From assembly GCA_963678065.2 (NCBI GenBank), contig CAXXVZ010000004.1, positions 96,001-160,000 on the forward strand: DNA of 64,000 bases. Direction: 5' to 3'. The translations under genes and the position numbers were made by a program. Each line of letters starts with the position of its first letter. The stretch's first letter is position 1. Source of the stretch: Treponemataceae bacterium (GTDB lineage Bacteria; Spirochaetota; Spirochaetia; Treponematales; Rectinemataceae). A model generated the notes under the pieces. It saw only the letters and a program-made list of their open reading frames with translations. It had not been told where the DNA came from and did not search any database. This document shows positions 35,659 to 45,788 of this stretch, piece after piece.

Positions 35659-37794
35659 ATGTTTCAAATCTCTTCAGTCACCAGAAAGGTAAAGAATCCC
35701 AGGTCTCTCGGAATCGCTGTTATCGCGATGAGTGCAATCATTATTCTCGCCGGGTGTCATTTTGATTTCGGTGGCAGCAAAACCTATGCTTCCTTCAGCG
35801 ATCTCACCATTCCCGCAGGATTCGAATTCGCCACTGCCCGCGCAGTGACCTTCAATCTCACTGTCACGTACAATGGAGACTCCGGACTGAAGAATTATGA
35901 TGGAACGGTATCCATCGTGACTCAGGACGAGACGGGAGACTCCATCCTCGGATCGGGGCTCATCGTCAACGGCACAGGAAGCTTCTCAGTCGCCATTCCC
36001 ACCTCCGTCACCCATGTGGTCATCAGACCTGACAAACTGATCCTGGTCGGAGCTGAGGCCGATCTCGAGCCCGGCACAACTTCCATAACGAAGGTGCTCG
36101 CGCCTTCCTCCGACAAGGCAGTGGTCACTTCTGCCAAAGACCTTTTCTCTTCATCCGCTGCCCGCGCGGCCATCAGTTTCGGAACGACCAAAACAGGCTT
36201 CCGGACTCTTGCCACCTCTTTCGATTCTAACGGCGTTCCGACCGGCACTGGCGGGCTGGAATCCGCGAGGGTTGCGTACAAGGAATCCTTCCTCACCGAT
36301 ATTGGCTTGAGTTTCCCCGAATACCAGAGAGTTCCGACCGCCAGGCCCGATTACATCAAGAATGGCGTTCTCTCCAGCGTGGTCATCAAAGAGGATGCGG
36401 AAGTCGCGGTCACCTTCCTTTCGGAAGGCGCAGGATACAAGAATTCCCTCGGCTACTTCGTCCGCAAGACCGGCGAAGCGCTCACCAAGCCCTCCACCTC
36501 CGAGATCGTCATCATTTTTCCCAACTCCTCCGCGGCTTACTCGGGCGGCGGGCTCAATGGCGGCGACACGATCAAACTCCGCAATCCGATCGTAAGTGAC
36601 ACCACTAATTACGCGACAACGAAGTTCACGGCCGGCTATACGATCCATTGGGTTCTCGTTTCTGACGGCTACCGCTCCGGCACTGTCTCCTCCGACGCGA
36701 CTCGTTACTACTCAGTTCCCGAACTGAATCCCGAGTACTCGGGAACCGCCAGCAGCTCCGCCCATTCCGCCCTTCTCTTCTACACGGAAAGCCCCTATAG
36801 CGATTACAATTCTTCCACGGAGACGACGGAGGACGACGCCAAGCTCGTCCTCGGTTTCGAAGATATGGGTCGCAAGACCGGAGACGAGGACTTCAACGAC
36901 TGCCTCTTTGTGGTCACGGCCACACCCTTCAAGAACATCGATACTGAAAACCTCCCCAAGCCCAAGAAGGATGATCCAGACACCGAAATCACCGAGTCAT
37001 TCCCCGCCAAAGTCAACGGAACCATGGTCTACGAAGATCTCTGGCCGAGCAAGGGAGACTACGACTTCAACGACATGGCGGTAGAGTTCCGCATGCAGAC
37101 AATCCGCACCGGCAAAGGCTATGCCAACAAGTACAAGGGCGATTTCGTCCTCACCGCGGCGGGCGCCAATCTCAAGTCCGGACTCGGCTTCGTCCTGCCC
37201 GTCAAGCCCGAATACATCGAGAGCGTGAAATACACCGCCGGACAGGCCTACAACGGCACGGTCTTCGTGCTCAACAGCAGAAACTTCGAGTCCCACGGCA
37301 GCAGCTACAGCGTCATTCCCGTGATCGGCTCCGCGGTAGGTCTTTTTGGTTCGAACATCGTCAACACCAAGATGGATCAGCCGACCCTGTCGTCCATCAA
37401 GATCAACATCGAGGTCACTTTCACGAAGAACGCGGTTCTCGCGTCGGACATCACGGGCAAAACTCCGGATATCTTCCTCGTCTCGAGCGAGGACCGCACG
37501 AAGGAAATCCACGTGATCGGGAAGACCCCGACGAGCAAAGCCAGCGGCCGGTTTGATACGATGGACGACGCCTCCGTGCTTCCCGGCGGCCCCTACTACA
37601 AAGACAAGAGCGGAGCCCCTTGGGCGCTCATGATTCCCGCGCCTTTCAGCCACACCGTCGAACAGACCGAGCTCCCCGCCGGATATCTGCACTTCGGTGA
37701 CTGGGTCGTGAGCGGTGGACTCAAGTACACCGACTGGTACGACAGCAGTCTGAGCGGATACACGGACGCTTCCAAGCTCTACGTGGCGCACTGA
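35659..37794 (+). CDS. LruC-domain surface lipoprotein 1
   Basis: Lipobox ILAGC; FLSEGAGYKNSLGYF, LGFEDM..DFND, YEDLWPSKGDYDFND, EIH, PWALMIP, DWY. Confidence 0.8.
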   Translation: MFQISSVTRKVKNPRSLGIAVIAMSAIIILAGCHFDFGGSKTYASFSDLTIPAGFEFATARAVTFNLTVTYNGDSGLKNYDGTVSIVTQDETGDSILGSGLIVNGTGSFSVAIPTSVTHVVIRPDKLILVGAEADLEPGTTSITKVLAPSSDKAVVTSAKDLFSSSAARAAISFGTTKTGFRTLATSFDSNGVPTGTGGLESARVAYKESFLTDIGLSFPEYQRVPTARPDYIKNGVLSSVVIKEDAEVAVTFLSEGAGYKNSLGYFVRKTGEALTKPSTSEIVIIFPNSSAAYSGGGLNGGDTIKLRNPIVSDTTNYATTKFTAGYTIHWVLVSDGYRSGTVSSDATRYYSVPELNPEYSGTASSSAHSALLFYTESPYSDYNSSTETTEDDAKLVLGFEDMGRKTGDEDFNDCLFVVTATPFKNIDTENLPKPKKDDPDTEITESFPAKVNGTMVYEDLWPSKGDYDFNDMAVEFRMQTIRTGKGYANKYKGDFVLTAAGANLKSGLGFVLPVKPEYIESVKYTAGQAYNGTVFVLNSRNFESHGSSYSVIPVIGSAVGLFGSNIVNTKMDQPTLSSIKINIEVTFTKNAVLASDITGKTPDIFLVSSEDRTKEIHVIGKTPTSKASGRFDTMDDASVLPGGPYYKDKSGAPWALMIPAPFSHTVEQTELPAGYLHFGDWVVSGGLKYTDWYDSSLSGYTDASKLYVAH

Positions 37795-37815
37795 CCCTTG
37801 CCGATCCGAAAGCAG

Positions 37816-37844
37816 AGGACCGCCCTCCCGGGCGGTCCTTTTTT
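37816..37844 (+). terminator. Intrinsic terminator after the first LruC gene
   Basis: aggaccgccc/gggcggtcct stem + T-run. Confidence 0.8.
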
Positions 37845-37976
37845 GGACCCGCGCGGAAGGCATCGTGGAGCTTCCCTTCATTGGTATTCAGACCATACAT
37901 CGCGTATACTCTTAGAAGAGAGGCTTCGCCGCAGCATCTCTTGTTCACTCGAAGGCGACGGACACTGGAGGCTCCT

Positions 37977-40238
37977 ATGAAGTTCGGATCGACTCATAGT
38001 GGCAAAAAAGCTGCTACAGCGGGAAACGCGGGCAAGAGCATACTGTTCGCCCTCCTTTTTCTTCCCATCATCGTCTTGGGGGGTTGCCATTTTCAGCTCG
38101 GAGGCGACCGCAGCTACCAGCCTCTGGATGAGGTGACCATCCCGACGGGTTTCACCTTCGCCATGAACCGCGTGGTGGAGTTCAAACTCACCGTCATGGC
38201 CCTGGACGACACCGACACCCTTGTTCCCTATGTCGGCCCCGTGCATGTCGTCAATCCGGCTGAAACGGGAGACGAGAACCTCGGGACCGGCTGGACCGAT
38301 GCCGCGGGTCTGGCCGACTTCACCGTCACCATACCTTCGTCAATCTCGACGATAACCCTCAGACCCGAGCAGACATCTTTGGACGGACTTTGTCTCCTTT
38401 CGGACTTCGACCAGACCCTCGAAGCCGGCACCACCTCAGTCGTGAGGACACTCGCGCCTTTCGTCGGTTCCGGCACTTCCTCAGCCTCATCATCGGCCGC
38501 GCGGGGCGCGGCTTCCAGTTCCAGGGCATCCACCCCTGTAGCCTTCGTGGATTCAGGAACCGGCTACCTGATGCTTTCGACCTACGACACGACAACCGGC
38601 GTTCCTTCCGGCCTCGAGACCCCGCGACCGTATTTCTCCTTCAAGCAATCCTTCAAGAAGAATGTCAGCTTCACCTTTCCCGAGGGCAAAAAAGTTCCTG
38701 ACAGCTACATCAACACGGGAGACCTGACAAACATCATTCTCGACGCTGCAGCAAAGATATCGGTCACGATGGCGAGCGAGAGTTCGGCCACGAAGGACGC
38801 CGTAGGCTATTTCGTCCGCAAGAAGACGACCATCCCCAGCTCTGCCTCTGAGATCGCAGCATCCGATATCGTGATCATGTTCCCCAACGCTTCGCTCTAC
38901 GGCTCGGGCGGCGGGCTCTACCAGGGAGATACGATACAGCTCAGAAACCCCGACCCGACCTCCGCCAATTACCGGACGACCACCTTCGACAAGGATATGG
39001 TTGTTTCCTGGGTTCTCATTCCCGCGTCTTTTGTCGGGGGGAAAATCACGACTCCCGGCAGGCGCTACTATTCCATTCCAGCCCTCAATCCCGAGAGCGG
39101 CACGAGCCTCCAGAGGGCGCACGTGGCGCAGCTCCTGTACAACAAGCCGCCCTACAACAAGGATAAATCGTTTTTCCTGCTCGGTTTCGAAGACTCGCTG
39201 CGCAGCACGACCGAGGACGGAGACTACAACGACGACTTCAACGACCTGATGCTCACGGTCGATGTCTCGCCTGTATCCGCCGTCAATTCGTCGGGGCTGC
39301 CTGAGGTGAAGGACGAAACACAGGTCGGCGACGCCGATGGGGATGGCGTGATCGACGCCTTCGACGAGTACCCTTCCGATCCGGCGCGCAGCTCTAGCGT
39401 CTCATATCCATCCAGAACCGGCTACGCCACGGCCATATACGAGGATCGGTGGCCGGGACTGGGCGATTACGACTTCAACGATCTCGCCGTCGATTTCCGC
39501 TTCACCACAGTCAGCAATGCCGCAGGAAAGATTGTCGACCTCATCGGCAATTTCAAAATCCGCGCGGCGGGAGGAGAACTCAAGTCCGGCCTGGCCTTCA
39601 CCCTTCCCGTCGCCTCGTCGTCCATCACGTCGGTCAGCTACTCCACAAAGCAGATCGATACGGCCCTTTTCAAACCCGGAACCAACGGAGTGGAAACGAC
39701 GGGAAGCAAGTCGGTGGTGCCCGTGTTCTCCAACGCCCATCTTCTCTTCGGCGTCACGGGAATCGAGTTCGTCAACACCGATCCCTCCATCGCCGTCAGG
39801 GCCCCTGTATATCTCACCCTCACGACTTCCTTCAGCCAGACTTCGCCTGTTTCATCTTCCGTCATCGCGGGCTCCATACCGGACCTCTTCCTCATCGGCT
39901 TCCTCGATCTCCATGGCAGAACCGGAATGAGAAAGGAAATCCACACCCTCGACAACATCCCGACAACCCTCGCGGATTCCTATCCCTTCGGTCAGCTCGA
40001 CGACCGATCCCCTACCCCTCCGGCTTCCGGTATCTACTACAAGGACAAACGGGGAGCCCCCTGGGCCCTCCTCCTTCCGTCGTCGATACAATACACTGTG
40101 GAGAAGACACAGCTGGCCACAGCGTACAAGTACTTCTCGCAGTGGGTCTATTCCGGCGGCGTGGATTATCCGGACTGGTACAATTACAGTAAAGCCGGAT
40201 ACGCCGATTCATCGAAGCTCTACCTGATCGAAAAGTGA
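37977..40238 (+). CDS. LruC-domain surface lipoprotein 2 (paralog)
   Basis: Lipobox VLGGC; LGFEDS..DFND, DADGDGVIDAFDEYP Ca-binding repeat, YEDRWPGLGDYDFND, PWALLLP. Confidence 0.8.
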   Translation: MKFGSTHSGKKAATAGNAGKSILFALLFLPIIVLGGCHFQLGGDRSYQPLDEVTIPTGFTFAMNRVVEFKLTVMALDDTDTLVPYVGPVHVVNPAETGDENLGTGWTDAAGLADFTVTIPSSISTITLRPEQTSLDGLCLLSDFDQTLEAGTTSVVRTLAPFVGSGTSSASSSAARGAASSSRASTPVAFVDSGTGYLMLSTYDTTTGVPSGLETPRPYFSFKQSFKKNVSFTFPEGKKVPDSYINTGDLTNIILDAAAKISVTMASESSATKDAVGYFVRKKTTIPSSASEIAASDIVIMFPNASLYGSGGGLYQGDTIQLRNPDPTSANYRTTTFDKDMVVSWVLIPASFVGGKITTPGRRYYSIPALNPESGTSLQRAHVAQLLYNKPPYNKDKSFFLLGFEDSLRSTTEDGDYNDDFNDLMLTVDVSPVSAVNSSGLPEVKDETQVGDADGDGVIDAFDEYPSDPARSSSVSYPSRTGYATAIYEDRWPGLGDYDFNDLAVDFRFTTVSNAAGKIVDLIGNFKIRAAGGELKSGLAFTLPVASSSITSVSYSTKQIDTALFKPGTNGVETTGSKSVVPVFSNAHLLFGVTGIEFVNTDPSIAVRAPVYLTLTTSFSQTSPVSSSVIAGSIPDLFLIGFLDLHGRTGMRKEIHTLDNIPTTLADSYPFGQLDDRSPTPPASGIYYKDKRGAPWALLLPSSIQYTVEKTQLATAYKYFSQWVYSGGVDYPDWYNYSKAGYADSSKLYLIEK

Positions 40239-40251
40239 GGGAAGAGGGCTC

Positions 40252-41199
40252 TCAGCAGGCCGCCGGTTCGAGATACTCCAGAAGCAGGGCTTCGGCGTCC
40301 ATGCCGACCCGCAGCCCGAGGGGAAGGGTCAGCTTGGGAGTGCAGTGCCCCACGGCGAGGTTGGCCAGGACGGGCTTGTCCCCGGGGAGGATGTCGCGGA
40401 AGACCTCGGCGAGTTCCAGCGATTTCTTGCCGGGGGCGGAGGCGCAATTGTTCCAGTCCCCGAGGACGACGCCGCGGCATTCCCGGAAAACACCGGCCAG
40501 CCTCAGCTGGGTGAGCATCCTGTCGACGCGGTAGGGCGCCTCGTCGATATCCTCGAGGAAGAGGATGCTCTCACGCGCGTCGATCTGCCAGGGCGTGCCG
40601 ATAGTGGCCGCGACGAGTGAGAGGTTGCCGCCCGTGAGCCGGCCTTCGGCGCGGCCCGGCACGAGGCATTTGAGCTCTCTTCCGGGGGGATTGTCGATCC
40701 TGCCGAGAGCTTCGGTGGACCCGAGCGCCGCAAGAAGGCTACTGGCCGAAAATTCGTCGAAATCGGGGATCATGTCCGAGGAGGGCATGGGGCCGTGGAA
40801 GCTCACGAGAGAAGAGAGGCGGTTGATCCCAAGGTGTATCGCCGTGATGTCGCTGTAGCCGACAAAGGCTTTCGGATTGCGGGCGATCATGTCCCAGTCG
40901 ATCATGTCGAGAATGCGGGGCGTGCCGTATCCACCCTTGAGGCAGATGATGCCGTCGATCCCGGGGTCGGCGAAGAGGGCGTTGAGGTCGTTCGCGCGGG
41001 TCTTGTCGGAGCCCGCGAGGTAACCGTAGGAATCCGCGCAGCCGGGAGCCACGACGACCTCGAAGCCGAGGGCCCGCAGTTTTTCGACAGCCAGACCCAC
41101 GCGGGCGGGTTCGGATACGGAGCCTGATGGAGCGCAGAGCCCGAGGGTGGCGCCCGGACGCAGGGCGGCAGGCTTTTTCAAGACAGGTTTGGCGTTCAC
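40252..41199 (-). CDS. LD-carboxypeptidase (S66 family)
   Basis: YLAGSD, GGYG, FVGYSDIT (Ser), GGNLS, LFLED (Glu), VGH (His). Confidence 0.9.
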   Translation of the reverse strand: MNAKPVLKKPAALRPGATLGLCAPSGSVSEPARVGLAVEKLRALGFEVVVAPGCADSYGYLAGSDKTRANDLNALFADPGIDGIICLKGGYGTPRILDMIDWDMIARNPKAFVGYSDITAIHLGINRLSSLVSFHGPMPSSDMIPDFDEFSASSLLAALGSTEALGRIDNPPGRELKCLVPGRAEGRLTGGNLSLVAATIGTPWQIDARESILFLEDIDEAPYRVDRMLTQLRLAGVFRECRGVVLGDWNNCASAPGKKSLELAEVFRDILPGDKPVLANLAVGHCTPKLTLPLGLRVGMDAEALLLEYLEPAAC

Positions 41200-41224
41200 G
41201 GTTTCTCCTTGTCCATGGATTCAA

Positions 41225-42082
41225 TCAGTATGTGAACAGCATGAACACGAGGACATCGTTCCAGTTTCCGGAGCTGAACTCCACCTCGTGCGGGCCGAGA
41301 GCGCGGGCGCCAGGGAAAAAGGATGCCTTGTAGGCTTGCCAGTGTTCCTTGAAGCGCGTCCTGAGAATGAAGCGTGGCGGGAGCTCGAAAAGGCTGGCAG
41401 GACCGGAGGAACCGGCATCGGCGGAGCTGACATCGCCAGGCGAGTTGGTGGAAGCACGCGCGTTGGCAAAGATGGCTTCGGCGACGGTCTTCCGGATGCG
41501 CTCCCGCGCGAGGCGGGGATGGATGGAGACAGAAGCACCGCCCGATCCCTCGCTGACGGCCACTGTCCTTATGCCGCATCCGAGAGCTTCGGCGCCCGCG
41601 CAGAGCATGGCATCCCCCGAGAGGAAGAGGACAGGCACACCGAGAGAGGCCGCGGTGTAGGTGTTGATGAGGAACTCGCTTGCGTCGACCCCGTTGATCG
41701 TGGAGGTAATAATCTGTCCGCTCATGGTGTGGGAGAGGGGGTTGCCGTCGGTGTTGGCGCCCGAGTGGTAGCCGATGAAGAGCACACCGTCGAAGCTCGA
41801 ATCGAGTCCCGCCATCATGACCTTGGGATCGCGGGTCCAGCCCCGCATGATCCGCACATTTTCCGGAAGAAGGGAGGGATCGATGCTCCGGGCCGAGCCG
41901 TGGGCGTCCTTGATGAGTATTTCCCGCACGCCGGCGGAGTTCGCTCCCTCGCAGGCGGCCGCGACCTCCTCGGACATCTCCCTGCGGAAGTAGGCTCCCT
42001 GGGGCTCTGCGAGGTCGGTTTCCTTCCAGTCGTCGATGCCGCAGACTCCTTCGATATCGGCGCTTATGTAGAGTTTTTTCAT
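41225..42082 (-). CDS. M55 D-aminopeptidase (DppA family)
   Basis: ISADIEG, DAHG, IGYHS, LSHT, LSGD; GGAG RBS before MKKLY. Confidence 0.9.
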   Translation of the reverse strand: MKKLYISADIEGVCGIDDWKETDLAEPQGAYFRREMSEEVAAACEGANSAGVREILIKDAHGSARSIDPSLLPENVRIMRGWTRDPKVMMAGLDSSFDGVLFIGYHSGANTDGNPLSHTMSGQIITSTINGVDASEFLINTYTAASLGVPVLFLSGDAMLCAGAEALGCGIRTVAVSEGSGGASVSIHPRLARERIRKTVAEAIFANARASTNSPGDVSSADAGSSGPASLFELPPRFILRTRFKEHWQAYKASFFPGARALGPHEVEFSSGNWNDVLVFMLFTY

Positions 42083-42090
42083 GGTTCTCC

Positions 42091-43269
42091 TCACCTGCCC
42101 AGAAGGCGCAGGGTGATTCCGGCCTGCATCGCGACGCCGATGGGGAGGCAGTCCTCGTCGATGTCGAACATGCCGTTGTGCAGGGGCGCCGTGATGCCGC
42201 GCTCGGCGTTCATGCAGCCGAGATGGTAGAAGGCTCCCTCTCTCTCGTTCACGAAATACGAAAAATCCTCGACACCCATGCTCGGCTTTTCGCGGTGGAC
42301 GATCCTGTCCTTTCCCAGAAGCTCTTCCGCGGTCGCGATGATGGCGTCGACGGTGAAGTCGTGGTTTATGAGAGCGCGGTAGCCGTGCTCGACGACGAGC
42401 TCCCCCGAGCCGCCGAAGACTTTCGGGATGGAGGTCACGATGTCCCCGGCCATGGCGATGAGGCGCTCCTCGACTGCCGGGTCCGTCGTACGCAGGGTCG
42501 CCTTCATCGTCACCTCGTCGGCGATGATGTTGCTCGTCGCGCCTCCCGAGATGGTCCCGATGCTGAGCACAGCCGCGTCCAAGGGAGAGACGTAGCGGGA
42601 GACGAGGGAATGGAGGGCCGTCACGACGTGGCCGGCAATCATAATCGCGTCGATGCCGAGGTCGGGGTAGGCGCCGTGGGCGCTTTTGCCTTTTATGGCG
42701 ATGTGGAGGGTGTCGCTCGAGCCGTTCAGGGCCCCGTATTTCACTTCGACGGAGCCTGTGGGCACGTGGGGCATGACGTGAAGGCCTATGACGAAGTCCA
42801 CATGGGGGTTCTCGAGACAGCCGTCGCGGATCATGTCGGCGGCACCGCCAGAGGTCTCCTCGGCCGGCTGGAAGAAGAATTTCACTGCGCCCGCGAGGCT
42901 CTCGCGGCGCTCTGCGAAGTAGCGCGCGGTCCCGAGGAGGATCGCCGTGTGCGCGTCGTGGCCGCAGGCGTGCATGAAGCCAGGGTGAGTGGAGGCCCAC
43001 GCGGGCTGCCTCTCCTCGCGTATGGGCAGCGCGTCCATGTCCGCGCGGATGGCCACGGTCTTGCCCGGCGCAACGCCCCGGACGATGCCGACGATGGCTG
43101 TGGCCCTCTTCTCGTACTCGATGCCCAGACCGTCGAGCCAGGCGGCTATGGCGGCAGAGGTCTTGAGCTCTTCGTGCCCGGGCTCGGGTATCCTGTGCAG
43201 AGCCCGGCGGACTTCGACGAGCCAGTCTTTCATGCCTGCCGCGGCCGCGAGCAGAGCGTCTTTTTCCAT
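42091..43269 (-). CDS. M20D amidohydrolase
   Basis: LHRIPE, RADMDALP, MHACGHDAH, FQPAEE, EDFS, PLH. Confidence 0.92.
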   Translation of the reverse strand: MEKDALLAAAAGMKDWLVEVRRALHRIPEPGHEELKTSAAIAAWLDGLGIEYEKRATAIVGIVRGVAPGKTVAIRADMDALPIREERQPAWASTHPGFMHACGHDAHTAILLGTARYFAERRESLAGAVKFFFQPAEETSGGAADMIRDGCLENPHVDFVIGLHVMPHVPTGSVEVKYGALNGSSDTLHIAIKGKSAHGAYPDLGIDAIMIAGHVVTALHSLVSRYVSPLDAAVLSIGTISGGATSNIIADEVTMKATLRTTDPAVEERLIAMAGDIVTSIPKVFGGSGELVVEHGYRALINHDFTVDAIIATAEELLGKDRIVHREKPSMGVEDFSYFVNEREGAFYHLGCMNAERGITAPLHNGMFDIDEDCLPIGVAMQAGITLRLLGR

Positions 43270-43383
43270 GCATATCCTCCACGCTGCGATTGTTGGCACC
43301 GGGACCCTGTCCCGGTCCGGCCGGGTCCGATCGACTTACCCCGCAGCGAGCTGCGGGGTATGACCCCACTTTCCCGAATCATT

Positions 43384-44559
43384 TCATCTCAGATAGTCAG
43401 TGATTCCGACAGTCTCTCCGCCTTTCGCGTAGACGCGGGGAATGCGCCTTCCGAGAACCGCCATAATCTCGTTCCGGTTCGTCCCGGCGAGACTCGCGAG
43501 CTCGAGGACAGGGACGCCCGTCTCCGGTCCTCCTCCGAGCAGGAGGACTTCATCGCCTTCGGTGACGCCGGGGATGGCCGACACGTCGACATTCATCTGG
43601 TCCATGCAGATAAGGCCGATGACGGGGGCGCGCTTGCCGCGAATGATGACAGAGGCCTTGTTGGAAAAACAGCGCATGTAGCCGTCCGCGTATCCAATGG
43701 GGATGGTCGCGACGAGGGCGCCGGCGGGGGGGGCGACCCAGGAGGCGTCGTAGGATACGCATTCGCCCGCCCCGACCTTCCGTATGCGGGAGATGTCGGA
43801 TTTGAGACAGAGGGCGGGCGCGATGTCCAGGGCATCGGTGGAGGGCTCGGTCCTGAGCGGCTTCATCCCGAAGAGGATGGCTCCCACCCTCACCATGTCG
43901 AGCCGGAACTCGGGATAGCGCAGGAATCCTATGCTGTCGCAGATATGGCAGAGCGGGATGTCGACCCCCGCCTGTTCGAGGGCCGTGGCCGTGCGAAAAA
44001 AGTTCTCGGCCTGACGGATGTCGGATTCGCGGTCGCGCAGGGCAAGATGCGTAAAAAGTCCCTCGACCTGGATTTCCCTGTGCCCGCTCAGCGCGAGGAC
44101 GGCCCTGACGGGATCGTCGTACTCCTTGAGGCCGAGGCGGTTCATGCCCGTGTCGAGCTTGACGTGGACGATGGCCTTCTCGTGGCTGGCGCGGGAGGCG
44201 GCGACGAGAAGCTCGGCCTGCTCGGGCTTGAACACGGTGAGAGTGATCCTGCAGGCGACCGCGAGGCCGAGAAGCCTGTCGGGGGTGTGTCCCATGACCA
44301 TGATCCGGGCTTCGGGATAGTGTTGCCTCAGTTCAAGGGCTTCTCCGAGGAAGGCCACGGCCAGCATGTCCGCGCCATGGTCCAGGAGTTCACCCGCCAC
44401 GGCGATAGCCCCGTGGCCGTAGGCGTTGGCCTTGAGGACGCAGGCGACTTTGGTCTTGCTTCCTTTCAGGACTGACTTGACCGTGTCCAAGTTGCGCCCG
44501 ATCCTGTCGAGATCTACTTCCAGTCTTGTGCTGCGCAGAAGTTCGATGCCTGTTCTCAT
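43384..44559 (-). CDS. alr: Alanine racemase family protein 2 (divergent)
   Basis: LKANAYGHG, DTGMNRLG, VSY, GYADG, ICMDQ; DSIG in place of NSAA. Confidence 0.85.
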   Translation of the reverse strand: MRTGIELLRSTRLEVDLDRIGRNLDTVKSVLKGSKTKVACVLKANAYGHGAIAVAGELLDHGADMLAVAFLGEALELRQHYPEARIMVMGHTPDRLLGLAVACRITLTVFKPEQAELLVAASRASHEKAIVHVKLDTGMNRLGLKEYDDPVRAVLALSGHREIQVEGLFTHLALRDRESDIRQAENFFRTATALEQAGVDIPLCHICDSIGFLRYPEFRLDMVRVGAILFGMKPLRTEPSTDALDIAPALCLKSDISRIRKVGAGECVSYDASWVAPPAGALVATIPIGYADGYMRCFSNKASVIIRGKRAPVIGLICMDQMNVDVSAIPGVTEGDEVLLLGGGPETGVPVLELASLAGTNRNEIMAVLGRRIPRVYAKGGETVGITDYLR

Positions 44560-45719
44560 GCCTCGTCCTCCTTTTTCCTTTCCGTCCGCCCTTCCCCCTC
44601 GTTCACATAAACCCTCGGGACCCGCTTGCCGACCATGCAGACAGTTTCATAGTTGATGGTGCCCATGCGCGCGGCGACATCGTCCGCGCCTATTCCGGCA
44701 GCGCCGAACAGCAGAACCTCGTCCCCGACCGAGGCGCCGGGACAGTCGGTCAGGTCGATCATAGTCTGGTCCATGCAGATCCTGCCGACCACGGGTGCAC
44801 GCCGCGATCCGAGAAGGACCTCCGACTTTCCTGCGAGGAGCCTGGACCATCCGTCGGCATAGCCCACGGGGAGAGTGCCGATGAGGCTCTCACGCTGCGC
44901 GGTCCAGGCGCATCCGTAGCTGACGGGGGTTCCCGCCGCAATCCTGCGGATCTGGACGATTCTCGTCTTGAAGCTCATGACCGGACTCAGTTCGATCTTC
45001 CCCTCCATCTCCGTCCTTGTCTCCGGCGAAGGCCACAGACCGTACAGGGCGATGCCTGGCCTCACCATGTCGAGGTGCGTTTCGGGGTAGCGGATCGTCG
45101 CCGCGCTGTTGGCGATGTGCCTCAGGCGGATCGCGAGCCCCGCCTTCCTGAGTTCGCCTTCGATGCCGAGGAAGCGCCCCAGCTGGAATCTGACAAAGGC
45201 CGGCCCGCTCTCGTCGGCTGTGGCGAAATGCGAGTAGATGCCCTCGATCGCGATTCCGGGCAGGCGGGAGGCGGCCAGGATCTGGGCGACGGCGCTTTCC
45301 GGCGAAAAGCCGAGGCGCGACATTCCGGTGTCGATCTGGACGTGGACAGTCAGGGGTTTGTGCGCACAAAGCGCGGCTTCGGAAAACACCGCGGCAGATT
45401 CAGGCGAGTACAGAGTGGCGGAGAGTCGCCTTTCGATCAGTTCGGGGACCTCGTCCGGAGCGACGGCCCCCATCACGAGGATAGGGACAGTCATTCCGCC
45501 ATCGCGCAGGGCCAGGGCTTCTTCGGCGGTGGCGACGGCGAGACGGCGGGCTCCGGCCGCAAGCGCGGCCCGGGCAATCCGGAGCGCACCGTGGCCGTAG
45601 GCGTCGGCCTTGACGACGGCGCAGAGCTCCGTCCCCGCGGGGAGCAGAGATGCAAGCGCCCTGACATTATGTCCCAGGGCGGCGAGATCGATTTCCGCCC
45701 AGACGAGCCTTTCCGGCAT
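44556..45719 (-). CDS. alr: Alanine racemase 1
   Basis: VVKADAYGHG, DTGMSRLG, SHFATAD, NSAA, VSYG, GYADG, ICMDQ; start may be at 45761. Confidence 0.9.
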   Translation of the reverse strand: MPERLVWAEIDLAALGHNVRALASLLPAGTELCAVVKADAYGHGALRIARAALAAGARRLAVATAEEALALRDGGMTVPILVMGAVAPDEVPELIERRLSATLYSPESAAVFSEAALCAHKPLTVHVQIDTGMSRLGFSPESAVAQILAASRLPGIAIEGIYSHFATADESGPAFVRFQLGRFLGIEGELRKAGLAIRLRHIANSAATIRYPETHLDMVRPGIALYGLWPSPETRTEMEGKIELSPVMSFKTRIVQIRRIAAGTPVSYGCAWTAQRESLIGTLPVGYADGWSRLLAGKSEVLLGSRRAPVVGRICMDQTMIDLTDCPGASVGDEVLLFGAAGIGADDVAARMGTINYETVCMVGKRVPRVYVNEGEGRTERKKEDEA

Positions 45720-45788
45720 GAATAACCGCCTTTCGGGCGCTGACCTGGCCATGCCATTCATGTGGTCGAGGGCACCCTCAAGGCCCCA

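Noticed and set aside
41225..43369. 714-aa ORF suggesting a large DppA fusion
   Set aside because: The upstream part is an alternative frame of the M20 amidohydrolase; the real M55 gene starts at 42082 with its own RBS.
42178..44475. 765-aa plus-strand ORF and similar long antisense ORFs (e.g. 3146-4552, 47096-48325)
   Set aside because: Shadow ORFs opposite well-supported genes in high-GC DNA; no recognisable motifs.
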